Shown: one piece after another, positions 17,026 to 25,000 of the stretch
Numbering within the stretch: position 1 is the stretch's first letter
Layout of the letters: every line of letters starts with the position of its first letter
Assembly (NCBI GenBank): GCA_963699165.1
Contig: OY969413.1
Coordinates: 404,562 to 468,561 of the forward strand
Length of the DNA stretch: 64,000 nucleotides
Origin: Candidatus Kaiserbacteria bacterium
GTDB taxonomy: Bacteria > Patescibacteriota > Minisyncoccia > Phycocordibacterales > Phycocordibacteraceae
Direction: 5' to 3'
Position numbers and translations under genes: made by a program
Notes under the pieces: model-generated
What the model saw: the letters and a program-made list of their open reading frames with translations, nothing else
Databases searched by the model: none
What the model was told of the DNA's origin: nothing

Positions 17026-18153
17026 ATGTCTGACGAAAAGTCAGCCGCTCCGGCGAAAGCCGTAGTAGCAAACGTTCACTTGCCCGAAGGCCATCCGATG
17101 GCCGCGCTTTTTGATTCCATCCCGACACCGCCTTCGACCGGCGACATTGTGGAGGGTTCGATTATCGCGATTGTCCGCGGCCGCGTGTACATCGACCTCT
17201 CGCCGTTTGGCACCGGTCTTATTTACGGCCGTGAGTACCTCAACGCGGCCGACGTGCTTCGCAAGGCGAATCCGGGCGACATCATCAGCGCCAAAGTCGT
17301 CGACCCGGCCGGTCGCGAGGGCTACATCGAACTTTCTCTTCGCGAGGCGCGCCAGGCCGCTATTTGGGGCGAGGCCGAGCAGGCAATTCTTTCAGAGACG
17401 CCGTACTCGCTCGTCGTCGAGGAAGCAAACAAGGGCGGACTCATTCTCTCGTGGCAAGGCATCGCAGGATTCCTTCCCGCGTCGCAACTTTCAAAGGACC
17501 ACTACCCGCGCGTTCCGGAAGGCGACAAGGAGAAAATTCTCGGCGAACTTATGCAGCTTGTCGGACATCCGCTTTCGGTGCGCATCATCACGGCGGACGC
17601 GAAGGAAGGCAAACTTATTTTCTCGGAGCGCACCGGCAACGAGGCCGAAGAGAAAGCATCTCTCATCGATAAGTATCAAGTCGGCGACAGCGCAGAGGGC
17701 GAGGTGACGGGCATCGTCGACTTTGGCGTCTTCGTGAAGCTGGAGCCGGGACTCGAAGGACTTGTGCACATCAGCGAACTCGATTGGGGTCTCGTTGAGG
17801 ACCCGCATGCGCTCTTCAAAGTCGGCGACAAGGTGCGCGTGAAGGTTATTGAAATCAAAGACGGAAAGATTTCGCTTTCCATCAAGGCGCTCAAGGAAAA
17901 TCCGTGGCACACCGCCGCAGACCGCTACACGAAAGGCCAGGAGGTCATGGGCGTTGTCATCAAGTACAACAAGCACGGCGCGCTCGCCTCAATCGAGGAA
18001 GGCGTTGCGGGGCTTGTGCATGTAAGCGAATTCGCCACTCCGGCAGAACTGCGCGAGACGCTTGAGCTCGGCAAGAAGTATCCGTTTACGATTTCCCTCT
18101 TTGAACCGAAGGAACAGCGGATGACGCTGACGTACGCGGGAAAGAAGAAGTAG
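17026..18153 (+). CDS. rpsA: 30S ribosomal protein S1, short four-domain form
   Basis: 375 aa with repeated S1 OB-fold signatures (GDIVEGSI..., GDSAEGEVTGIVDFGVFVKLEPGLEGLVHISEL, GQEVMGVVIKYNKHGALASIEEGVAGLVHVSEF). Confidence 0.85.
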   Translation: MSDEKSAAPAKAVVANVHLPEGHPMAALFDSIPTPPSTGDIVEGSIIAIVRGRVYIDLSPFGTGLIYGREYLNAADVLRKANPGDIISAKVVDPAGREGYIELSLREARQAAIWGEAEQAILSETPYSLVVEEANKGGLILSWQGIAGFLPASQLSKDHYPRVPEGDKEKILGELMQLVGHPLSVRIITADAKEGKLIFSERTGNEAEEKASLIDKYQVGDSAEGEVTGIVDFGVFVKLEPGLEGLVHISELDWGLVEDPHALFKVGDKVRVKVIEIKDGKISLSIKALKENPWHTAADRYTKGQEVMGVVIKYNKHGALASIEEGVAGLVHVSEFATPAELRETLELGKKYPFTISLFEPKEQRMTLTYAGKKK

Positions 18154-18540
18154 GGCTTCGGCGAGCGTAATTTCGGAGTACGCATCGGCCTCCCCAGCGG
18201 GAGGCCGTGCTCGCTCTCGGCATCGCGAATCTTGGCGCAAACCCCTGCGGCGCCAAGATTACCCTGCCGCTCCGCCTCCGAGATCCTCCGAAATTACGCT
18301 CGACCTCCGCAGAGAAAAAAGACGCGGAAATGCGCCGGCTCCGAGGTCTCCGAAACAGGACTCTCGCTCCGCAGGGGTGGAATAAAAGATGTGTAGAAAG
18401 CTCCGCCTCCGAGATCCTCCGAAATTACGCTCGACCTTCGCGAGGAAGAATGAAAAACAACATACGCGGCGCCGAAGGCGCCGCGTATGTTGTTATGAAA
18501 TGAAAAGAGCCCCTGCCTTGTTTTTCGGCGGGGCTCGTAG
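18154..18540 (+). repeat. Structured intergenic region: two 34-bp direct repeats (about 18270 and 18404), a long-range inverted repeat (18159-18177 versus 18283-18302) and at least four stable hairpins
   Basis: CCGCCTCCGAGATCCTCCGAAATTACGCTCGACC occurs twice; GGCGAGCGTAATTTCGGAG is its inverted complement. Hairpins include ggcctccc/gggaggcc, cttggcgc/gcgccaag, an 18-bp aacaacatacgcggcgcc/ggcgccgcgtatgttgtt, and gcccctgcc/ggcggggc. Confidence 0.6.
18456..18494 (+). terminator. Perfect 18-bp hairpin (terminator-like) downstream of rpsA
   Basis: aacaacatacgcggcgcc-GAAG-ggcgccgcgtatgttgtt; no clean U-tract follows, so its function as a terminator is uncertain. Confidence 0.35.
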
Positions 18541-18778
18541 CAGACTTTTACCGACCGTCTGCAGGTCTAAGTTAAGCGCATGAAGATTCTCCTTTCTTGT
18601 TCATGCGATCGTACCATTTTTGAGCTCGTCCTATTTGAACGAACTCAGCAGAATTTACCGGCCCTCTGCAAGGCCTTCATTCGCCGCATGGATGAACCTC
18701 CTTGCGTGCTCGTATATGCTAGCATGAACTCGTATTTCTGTCAAGCAAAAAACCCACTTGCGGATACCCTGCCGGCGC

Positions 18779-19276
18779 CTATCGAGCGATGTCCACCGCT
18801 GTCACGGGGAAAGTGTTCAGATTTGCCGCATCTGCGGGAGCGTACGCATGTATCGTATCACCGACCTTGATTGCCGAAAGTGTCGTTTCCGTGATCGAAA
18901 ACGGCAGAATCGGCGGATCAGACGGTTTTGCAGTAGCGCGTTCTTTTTGGAGCGTGACCGAACCTTTCGCAACGTCCACCCGGATAAGCGTACTTGAGCT
19001 TACAAGCAGAGTGACACTGCTCTGAAGCGGCACCGCGGAGCCGGTACCGTTTGAGGTTTCAAGCAGCGTGATTTTGCCGCCCGAGATGCCTTGAACTGTT
19101 CCGGTCAGCGAATGTACTTGAGGAGGGACGAGTTGTTCATGAATGGTTTGCGGGGTCTGCGAAAGCGGCATCGGAAAGTAAATCTCATATGCCATAGCTC
19201 CCACAAGGGCAAAGATGAGCACAATTGACACACTGAGTCCGATGACGAGCGCTTTTTTGTTGGTGATTTGAATCAT
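18779..19276 (-). CDS. Hypothetical N-terminally anchored protein
   Basis: Internal start MIQITNKKALVIGLSVSIVLIFALVGAMAY (TM), then a soluble domain. Directly downstream of the large repeat protein on the same strand. Confidence 0.45.
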   Translation of the reverse strand: MIQITNKKALVIGLSVSIVLIFALVGAMAYEIYFPMPLSQTPQTIHEQLVPPQVHSLTGTVQGISGGKITLLETSNGTGSAVPLQSSVTLLVSSSTLIRVDVAKGSVTLQKERATAKPSDPPILPFSITETTLSAIKVGDTIHAYAPADAANLNTFPVTAVDIAR

Positions 19277-19299
19277 ATACATATATGTGTATCGCCGCA

Positions 19300-21624
19300 T
19301 TAAAATTCCGAAAAACCTGTCGTCGAGACATTCACCACGAGCGGTACGTTGATAGTGTTGTTGAGAATGTCGGTGCACTTAAACAGGAATGCCGTTTGCG
19401 AGACGAGGCCATTCACCGCATAGGTACCCGATGTCGCGGAACCGCTCACGACTGGTGCCAAGACCGCGGTTCCATTTTTGTAAAGTGTGCAGCTTTGAAC
19501 CAACGTGGCCGCATACGAGAGCGTCGTATTGCCCCCGAGCGGCACGCGGGTATTCGTCGCGGTGAGTGAAATGGTCGGCTGGATAACGGTGATTGTCGGG
19601 AACGGCGGTATGGGGAAGGTATCGCAGGTCAGCCCGAAAGAATACGTTCCGGCCGTACCAAAGGGCCCGACCGTAGTATCGGAGCCGCTTGTTTGCCCCC
19701 CGGTCGAAAATCCATAGGAATTTGAGGTCTGGGTGCAGGAACTGGCGTTGCTGCATGTCCAGGTGAGCGTATCCGTATCGCCGACCTTGATACTCGATTT
19801 GCTCACGGAAATTGTGCAAGCCGGGGCGGGAGCGCAGCTATTTGTGACCGGATTAAACACGAGCGACGACGTGCATTTGTTGCAGCCGCTTGTCGGATTG
19901 GTCGCGCCGTTTGAACATTCGGAACAGGAGGCAGAGCTTCCGCCGCCGCTTCCGGCACAAGTCCATGTATAGAGCGGGGGTACGAACTGATTTGCACCTG
20001 ATGTACCGGGTGCGCAGTTGTAGTGAGTGGAGGCACAGACGCCGTTAACTGCGGCAGCGCATTTATTCCCGTCCCAGCTGCTACCCGAGGCGCAGTTGCC
20101 CGAAATGAGTACGCTGCCGAGCACGTTGCCACCGCTGTCTTTGAGAACAAGCGTTACGGGACTATAGACGCCGGTATCCGTCTGCGAGCCGTTTATTCCG
20201 GTCCACAGTGTTCCACCGCCCTGCTGAACAACGGACGCACTCGGCGTGTTTGACGTATTCCATGAGACGGTTACCGGACACCCGCTTTGTCCCGCTGCGA
20301 CAGTGCAAGGATTCGGGGATGCCGTGATGATGCCGGTGGGTGCGGCAGGCGGGCCGTTCACCGTAAAGCTGCTAACTGTCCATGCCGGCTGGTACGACAT
20401 TGCCGAATTAGCGCAAAGTGATCGTATGTTGTGCACACCGGGAGACAAACCGGTCACGTTCCACGTTCCGGAGGTGAAATATCCGGGACTGGTAGGACCG
20501 CCGTATCCCGAAATGTCTACAAAACCGTTGCCGTCATTTTTGTCGATGTTGACGTTGCAGTAGTATGCTGCGGCCGAGGAAGTGAGTTTAATCGTAGCAG
20601 TTCCTGTTGTCCCGCCTCCCGTGTTGTATAGGACGGGGTTTGGGGACTCTGTAACCGAAGATGTCGGAAGCGGGCAGCTCGAATCCGAAGGCGTGCTCGC
20701 GGAACACGTTCCATCGCACTGAACAGTGCCCGTATTCGTTTGTCCGCAGGCGTTGGCGGCGGAGGTGCAGGCATTTCCGTAGCCGGAAGGATTGGCGGGC
20801 GTGCTCGCGGAACATGCGCCATTACACTGAATGGTGCCCGAGTTCGTTTGGCCGCAGGAATTTGCGGCAGAGGTGCAGGCATTTCCGTAGCCGGAAGGAT
20901 TGGCGGGCGTGCTCGCGGAACATGCGCCATTACACTGAATGGTGCCCGAGTTCGTTTGTCCGCAGGCGTTGGCGGCGGAGGTGCAGGCATTTCCGTAGCC
21001 GGAAGGATTGGCGGGCGTGCTCGCGGAACACGTTCCATCGCACTGAACAGTGCCCGTATTCGTTTGGCCGCAGGAATTTGCGGCAGAGGTGCAGGCATTT
21101 CCGTAGCCGGAAGGATTGGCGGGCGTGCTCGCGGAACACGTTCCATCGCACTGAACAGTGCCCGTATTCGTTTGGCCGCAGGAATTTGCGGCAGAGGTGC
21201 AGGTGCTGCCGTTGCCGGCAGCGCATGCCACGGTGATATTTGCAGAGCAGACGGCCCGCTGTTGCTGAGATAGTCCCGTAATTGTCACCCATGGACCCGT
21301 ATACGTTACTGTACCCGTTTGAGTCGGACACGCTATTCCTGTGGCGCCAAAGTCATAGTTTGCACACAGATTCCCTATGGTAAAAGTGGTCCATGTACCT
21401 CCTGTGTATTGACCGGTGCCGCTGACTTTCACGGAAATCGATTGCCCATAGCTCACGGTCTGTGAAGGTGAAACGGTAATGGAACAGAAAGGTAATATAC
21501 ATGGTTGCAGCCCGCAATTACTATAGGCCACTGCACGATTTGCACCAACCGCTAAAGAAGAAAAAGCGAATAAAACAGAAAGGAGAACGATAAGGTTCCC
21601 TCGAGACCGCATACTCTGATTCAT
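19300..21624 (-). CDS. Large secreted Cys-rich repeat protein (adhesin-like), about 775 aa
   Basis: Signal peptide MNQSMRSRGNLIVLLSVLFAFSSLAVGA, five to six near-identical 36-aa repeats (CSASTPANPSGYGNACTSAANSCGQTNTGTVQCDGT), then further Cys-rich Ig/PKD-like modules. Confidence 0.65.
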   Translation of the reverse strand: MNQSMRSRGNLIVLLSVLFAFSSLAVGANRAVAYSNCGLQPCILPFCSITVSPSQTVSYGQSISVKVSGTGQYTGGTWTTFTIGNLCANYDFGATGIACPTQTGTVTYTGPWVTITGLSQQQRAVCSANITVACAAGNGSTCTSAANSCGQTNTGTVQCDGTCSASTPANPSGYGNACTSAANSCGQTNTGTVQCDGTCSASTPANPSGYGNACTSAANACGQTNSGTIQCNGACSASTPANPSGYGNACTSAANSCGQTNSGTIQCNGACSASTPANPSGYGNACTSAANACGQTNTGTVQCDGTCSASTPSDSSCPLPTSSVTESPNPVLYNTGGGTTGTATIKLTSSAAAYYCNVNIDKNDGNGFVDISGYGGPTSPGYFTSGTWNVTGLSPGVHNIRSLCANSAMSYQPAWTVSSFTVNGPPAAPTGIITASPNPCTVAAGQSGCPVTVSWNTSNTPSASVVQQGGGTLWTGINGSQTDTGVYSPVTLVLKDSGGNVLGSVLISGNCASGSSWDGNKCAAAVNGVCASTHYNCAPGTSGANQFVPPLYTWTCAGSGGGSSASCSECSNGATNPTSGCNKCTSSLVFNPVTNSCAPAPACTISVSKSSIKVGDTDTLTWTCSNASSCTQTSNSYGFSTGGQTSGSDTTVGPFGTAGTYSFGLTCDTFPIPPFPTITVIQPTISLTATNTRVPLGGNTTLSYAATLVQSCTLYKNGTAVLAPVVSGSATSGTYAVNGLVSQTAFLFKCTDILNNTINVPLVVNVSTTGFSEF
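20660..21250 (-). repeat. 108-bp tandem repeat, about 5.5 near-identical copies, inside the 19300..21624 CDS
   Basis: Periodicity is visible directly in the DNA (gcaggcatttccgtagccggaaggattggcgggcgtgctcgcggaaca...). The repeats generate the opposite-strand shadow ORFs 20661..21236, 20740..21273 and 20517..21146. Confidence 0.85.
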
Positions 21625-21802
21625 TATTTTAAGTATACTAAAAAAAAAGCACCTGAACCGATACCGCGAGATTAGTGTGGACAACTTTGTCCGCTCGGGT
21701 CGGGGTTTTCGGTGCGCGGTGGCAATTAGTCGTATGAAATAGGAAAACCGGCTCGCTTGTGGCGAGCCGGCGTTCTTGGTGGTCACGGTGACCTGAGGCG
21801 GT

Positions 21803-22300
21803 CTACTGCGACCGCGGGTACAGGACGACCACCGCGGGCTCGTCCTTCAGCACCGTGCTCGGCACCTGATCGAGCTCGTATCTGCTGACCGAGAACAGCC
21901 GCGGCACACCGGTCGGCGCGCCGACGCTGTCGAACGCGAGAACGCGGGCCCGGCCGTCGGTGGCCGGGATGACGATGTAGTACCCCTGAAGCGGCTGCCC
22001 GCCCCAGGCGGTCTCGAAATCGACGGACCCCGGCGACTTCGAAAAGAATCGGGTGCCGTACTGCAACCCGCCCGGGTTCGTGTTGGCGTATGCGCTCGAA
22101 AGCGCGTCCGCCTGCTGGGGCGTGAACTCGTCAGCGGCGCTCACGGGTCCGAGGCGAACGCCTTGGCCCGTCGAGAGGATGTCGAACGATCCGACCACCG
22201 CGGTCGGGTCGATCGCGTCGGCGCTCGCGAACGAGGGCGCTCCGACGAACGCGGCCAAGGCGAATGCTGCCGCCAGGATTCCGTTGAACCTGATGATCAT
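21803..22300 (-). CDS. Secreted hypothetical protein (165 aa), atypically high GC (about 66%)
   Basis: Signal peptide MIIRFNGILAAAFALAAFVGAPSFASA; strong SD AAAGGAGG at -9; consensus promoter upstream. Codon usage differs from neighbours. Confidence 0.6.
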   Translation of the reverse strand: MIIRFNGILAAAFALAAFVGAPSFASADAIDPTAVVGSFDILSTGQGVRLGPVSAADEFTPQQADALSSAYANTNPGGLQYGTRFFSKSPGSVDFETAWGGQPLQGYYIVIPATDGRARVLAFDSVGAPTGVPRLFSVSRYELDQVPSTVLKDEPAVVVLYPRSQ

Positions 22301-22355
22301 GTCTGTGGCCTCCTTTTGAAATTGAAAGATCGGGTCTGCTTCCGCAGCTATCCCA

Positions 22356-22385
22356 AGTATACTGCACAGGTATGTTATTTGTCAA
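22356..22385 (-). promoter_or_regulatory. Near-consensus sigma70 promoter TTGACA-18-TATACT for the 21803..22300 gene
   Basis: Minus strand reads cgggcTTGACAaataacatacctgtgcagTATACTtggg. IS copy 1 ends 5 bp upstream of the -35 box. Confidence 0.5.
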
Positions 22386-23425
22386 GCCCGTGTACGCGTC
22401 CAGTACTTTTGGCAGTCCCCGACGGTTAATGTACACACAATATACCGCAAGGGGGACACCATGCCGAGCGACTGGTGCGGGCGTTTGGTGTTGTACCAAA
22501 TCAGCCAGTCGACAAGCTTCAGATTGAAGGAATGAATATCGTCCCGCAGCAGGCCCCGATTCAGCATGATGAAGTCCTCGGAGACGGTGCGATTGAATCG
22601 TTCGACGTGGGCATTCATCTTGGGAGTGCGGGGGCGGGTGTGAAAGTGCGTGAGCCCGAGTTCGGCACAGGCATCCTCGAAGTGTTTGGCGAACTCGCTC
22701 CCGTTGTCGGTCTGCAACTCGTCGATATCGAAGGGGCAAACCTCGATGACTCGGCGAAGGAAGTCGTCCGCGCTTCTCGACGAGTGGTTCGTATACGCGC
22801 CCGCAAAGGCGAACTTCCGCTCCACGTCCACTGCCGTGAGGACGTACCGCTTCACGCCGTCGATGAAGCGGACGACGGTATCGAGCTCCATGCCGCGCTT
22901 GCCGGTGCGGCGAAGCTTGGTACGGCGTTTCTGCGGTGTTTCCGTGTGATTGCCCGTACGTGCGTGGAACGAGAGCCGGCTCTGCTGCGGGAGCAGACCG
23001 CGGTTCTTCAAATCCAGAATGACCCGCCCAACGTATGACTCCGACACGGAGTACCCTTCTTCGCGCAGGAGAACGGCAAGCTTTGCTTTCCCAAGCCGGG
23101 GATGCGCCTGTCGTTCGCGGATGATGAAATCCTCGACCTCGGGCAGAACAGTCCTCCTTCGACGCGCCTTCGGCGCAGTGCTCTTCGGGTCAAGTGCATC
23201 AATGCGGCCCTCGTGGGCTTTGAGTTCCTCCTTCCAGCGATACAAGGTGCGCTCCGAGGTGCCAAAGGCGTCGTATGCGGCCTCCGTCCCGTGCATGTCC
23301 CAGAATCCCAATATCTTCACCCGTCTGTCGACTTCCTTTGGTTTCCGCATATGCCGCAATCGTATCGTCCTTTCCCACATGCTCAACCAGCCCTTCGTAC
23401 CCCTGAAATTGCTTCTGATGTGCAT
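22382..23425 (-). CDS. IS481-family DDE transposase (rve integrase core), copy 1
   Basis: N-terminal HTH (GTSERTLYRWKEEL) plus integrase core with TAVDVERK, DNGSEF and HVERFNRT motifs (D, D, E). The stop codon lies 2-3 codons beyond the IS end. Confidence 0.85.
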   Translation of the reverse strand: MHIRSNFRGTKGWLSMWERTIRLRHMRKPKEVDRRVKILGFWDMHGTEAAYDAFGTSERTLYRWKEELKAHEGRIDALDPKSTAPKARRRRTVLPEVEDFIIRERQAHPRLGKAKLAVLLREEGYSVSESYVGRVILDLKNRGLLPQQSRLSFHARTGNHTETPQKRRTKLRRTGKRGMELDTVVRFIDGVKRYVLTAVDVERKFAFAGAYTNHSSRSADDFLRRVIEVCPFDIDELQTDNGSEFAKHFEDACAELGLTHFHTRPRTPKMNAHVERFNRTVSEDFIMLNRGLLRDDIHSFNLKLVDWLIWYNTKRPHQSLGMVSPLRYIVCTLTVGDCQKYWTRTRA

Positions 23426-23470
23426 ATATCCTCGGTTATGAGGACTGCCAAATGTATCTGAACTTATGCA
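22391..23470 (-). mobile_element. IS481-like insertion sequence, copy 1 (1080 bp); ends TGCATAAGTT...GCGTACA; about 28-bp imperfect inverted repeats; 5-bp TSD GCCCG
   Basis: Near-identical (1-2 SNPs) to 31601..32680 and 42639..43718. TSD gcccg at 22386-22390 and 23471-23475. Confidence 0.85.
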
Positions 23471-23475
23471 GCCCG

Positions 23476-23503
23476 TGTACGCGATCGGGACATTTAGCAG
23501 CCC
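23476..23503 (+). repeat. Degenerate solo terminal inverted repeat of the same IS family, abutting the TSD of copy 1
   Basis: tgtacgcgatcgggacatttagcagccc versus IRR TGTACGCGTCCAGTACTTTTGGCAGTCC. Its outer end faces copy 1 across the 5-bp gcccg. Confidence 0.45.
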
Positions 23504-23534
23504 GCGACGGACGTAATGCCGATAGAGCTCGCCA

Positions 23535-23583
23535 GGAGTTTCGCGCCGGCACTTGGGAAGGTCTGACCTTCCCAAGTGCCGGC
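23535..23583 (+). terminator. Long GC-rich hairpin plus T-run (intrinsic terminator-like) between the IS relic and uppP
   Basis: gccgg(g)cacttgggaaggtc-TGA-ccttcccaagtgccggc followed by gCTTTTTc. The stem core CTTGGGAAGG/CCTTCCCAAG recurs at 60356-60380. Confidence 0.5.
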
Positions 23584-23625
23584 GCTTTTTCAAAATCTAG
23601 CTTTCGGCCGTGATACCATGTCGCC

Positions 23626-24399
23626 ATGACTTTTTTGCAGAGTTTTCTGCTCGGTATCGTCGAGGGTGCGACCGAGTTTCTGCCGGTATCTTCGACCGGA
23701 CACCTCATCTTGGCCTCTACCCTGCTCGGCGTTGTCCAAAGCGACTTTGCAAAGACATTTGAGATTGTCATTCAACTTGGCGCGATACTTGCCGTCGTCG
23801 TGCTATATTGGCGCTCATTTTTCAATCTCGAACTCTTGAAGAAACTTGTCGTGGCATTTATTCCGACCGGCATTATCGGGCTCGCCGCATACCACTTCTT
23901 GCAAACCTATCTGCTTGGCAATGACTGGGTCGTGATTGTCTCGCTCTTCCTCGGCGGCATCGTCCTCATCGCGTTTGAAAAATGGCACGGGAAAATCGAG
24001 GACGCCGCGCCGGGGACGTCAATCACCTACCGGCAAGCGGCGGCCATCGGACTCTTTCAGGCGATTTCGATTATTCCGGGCGTCTCTCGAAGCGGCGCGA
24101 CTATCGTGGGCGGCATGTATCTCGGCATCAAGCGCGCAACCATCGTCGAATTTTCATTTCTGCTTGCCGTACCGACCATGTTCGCGGCGACCGGCTTGAG
24201 TTTATTTAAAACGAATTTCGCGCTTTCGCAAAATGAATGGCTGGTCCTCGGCATCGGTTTCTTAACCGCCTTCGTCGTGGCGCTCGCGAGCATCCACTGG
24301 CTCTTGGGCTACGTGCGAAAACATTCTTTCACCGGCTTCGGCATCTACCGCATTGCGCTTTCAGTCGCATTCGCCGTCTATCTTTTCCTTCAACTCTAG
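23626..24399 (+). CDS. uppP: Undecaprenyl-diphosphatase
   Basis: Signature EGATEFLPVSSTGHLIL and ISRSGATIVGG motifs; eight-TM BacA/UppP architecture. Confidence 0.9.
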   Translation: MTFLQSFLLGIVEGATEFLPVSSTGHLILASTLLGVVQSDFAKTFEIVIQLGAILAVVVLYWRSFFNLELLKKLVVAFIPTGIIGLAAYHFLQTYLLGNDWVVIVSLFLGGIVLIAFEKWHGKIEDAAPGTSITYRQAAAIGLFQAISIIPGVSRSGATIVGGMYLGIKRATIVEFSFLLAVPTMFAATGLSLFKTNFALSQNEWLVLGIGFLTAFVVALASIHWLLGYVRKHSFTGFGIYRIALSVAFAVYLFLQL

Positions 24400-24890
24400 C
24401 CGGCCGGGATAATCGAGCCGATAAGCACGCCCATGATGATTGCGGCGCCGCCCAAGAGCGCCATTCGGATGCCGCGCGAGAAGACGGGCAGGCGCGAAAG
24501 ACGGGCGCTCACCGTTCCAACCAAAAACAGCACCGCGATTGAGAGCAAAATAGACGTCGCGAGCGCCATCCACGCCGTCAAAAAAAGATACGGCGCGAGA
24601 GGAATGAAGGCGGCAAGGACAAAGGAGAAAAACATGATAGCTCCGGCAAATACGGACGGCGCGTCCGCTACATCCGACCTATTTTCATATTCCTCGGCCG
24701 ATTTCTCCGAAAGGAAATTGCCGACGGCCATTGAAAACGCCTCCACAAACGCGTACACGACACCGGTGAGCGCAAGCGTCTTGTGCGACGCGCCGGCAAC
24801 GTCGAGCCCCGCAAGCAATCCGACCGTCGAAACCAAGCTGTCGGTGATGCCGAAAATGACGGCTCGCAAATTCAGCGGTGATATTTTCAT
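24396..24890 (-). CDS. VIT1/CCC1-family membrane protein (vacuolar-iron-transporter-like)
   Basis: ITDSLVSTVGLLAGL motif and TM layout typical of the VIT family. Convergent with uppP and overlaps it by 4 nt. Confidence 0.6.
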   Translation of the reverse strand: MKISPLNLRAVIFGITDSLVSTVGLLAGLDVAGASHKTLALTGVVYAFVEAFSMAVGNFLSEKSAEEYENRSDVADAPSVFAGAIMFFSFVLAAFIPLAPYLFLTAWMALATSILLSIAVLFLVGTVSARLSRLPVFSRGIRMALLGGAAIIMGVLIGSIIPAG

Positions 24891-25000
24891 ATTGAAATGG
24901 TAGCACGACAAACTTATGAACAGTTTTGCACCTTTTGCGTTATAAAACGCGGCGTGCCGGTGTTATTCTAAAGGAGTACTTTTGAAATCTTTTCTATGGC

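Noticed and set aside
18270-18445. Possible CRISPR array (34-bp direct repeat, two copies)
   Set aside because: Only two repeat units, about 100-bp spacing, with inverted partners and hairpins. This is not a repeat-spacer array, and no cas genes are present.
18580-18870. 96-aa ORF 18580..18870 on the plus strand
   Set aside because: It is Cys/Arg-rich with atypical composition, lies in the leader or terminator region of the convergent 18779 gene, and has no motif support.
20517-21273. Plus- and minus-strand ORFs 20661..21236, 20740..21273 and 20517..21146 with internally repeated peptides
   Set aside because: Shadow ORFs generated by the 108-bp tandem repeats inside the real 19300..21624 gene.
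22053-22739. ORFs 22131..22739 and 22053..22319 spanning the IS end and the high-GC gene
   Set aside because: They overlap the transposase and the secreted-protein gene in alternative frames. Identical artefacts recur at the other IS copies.
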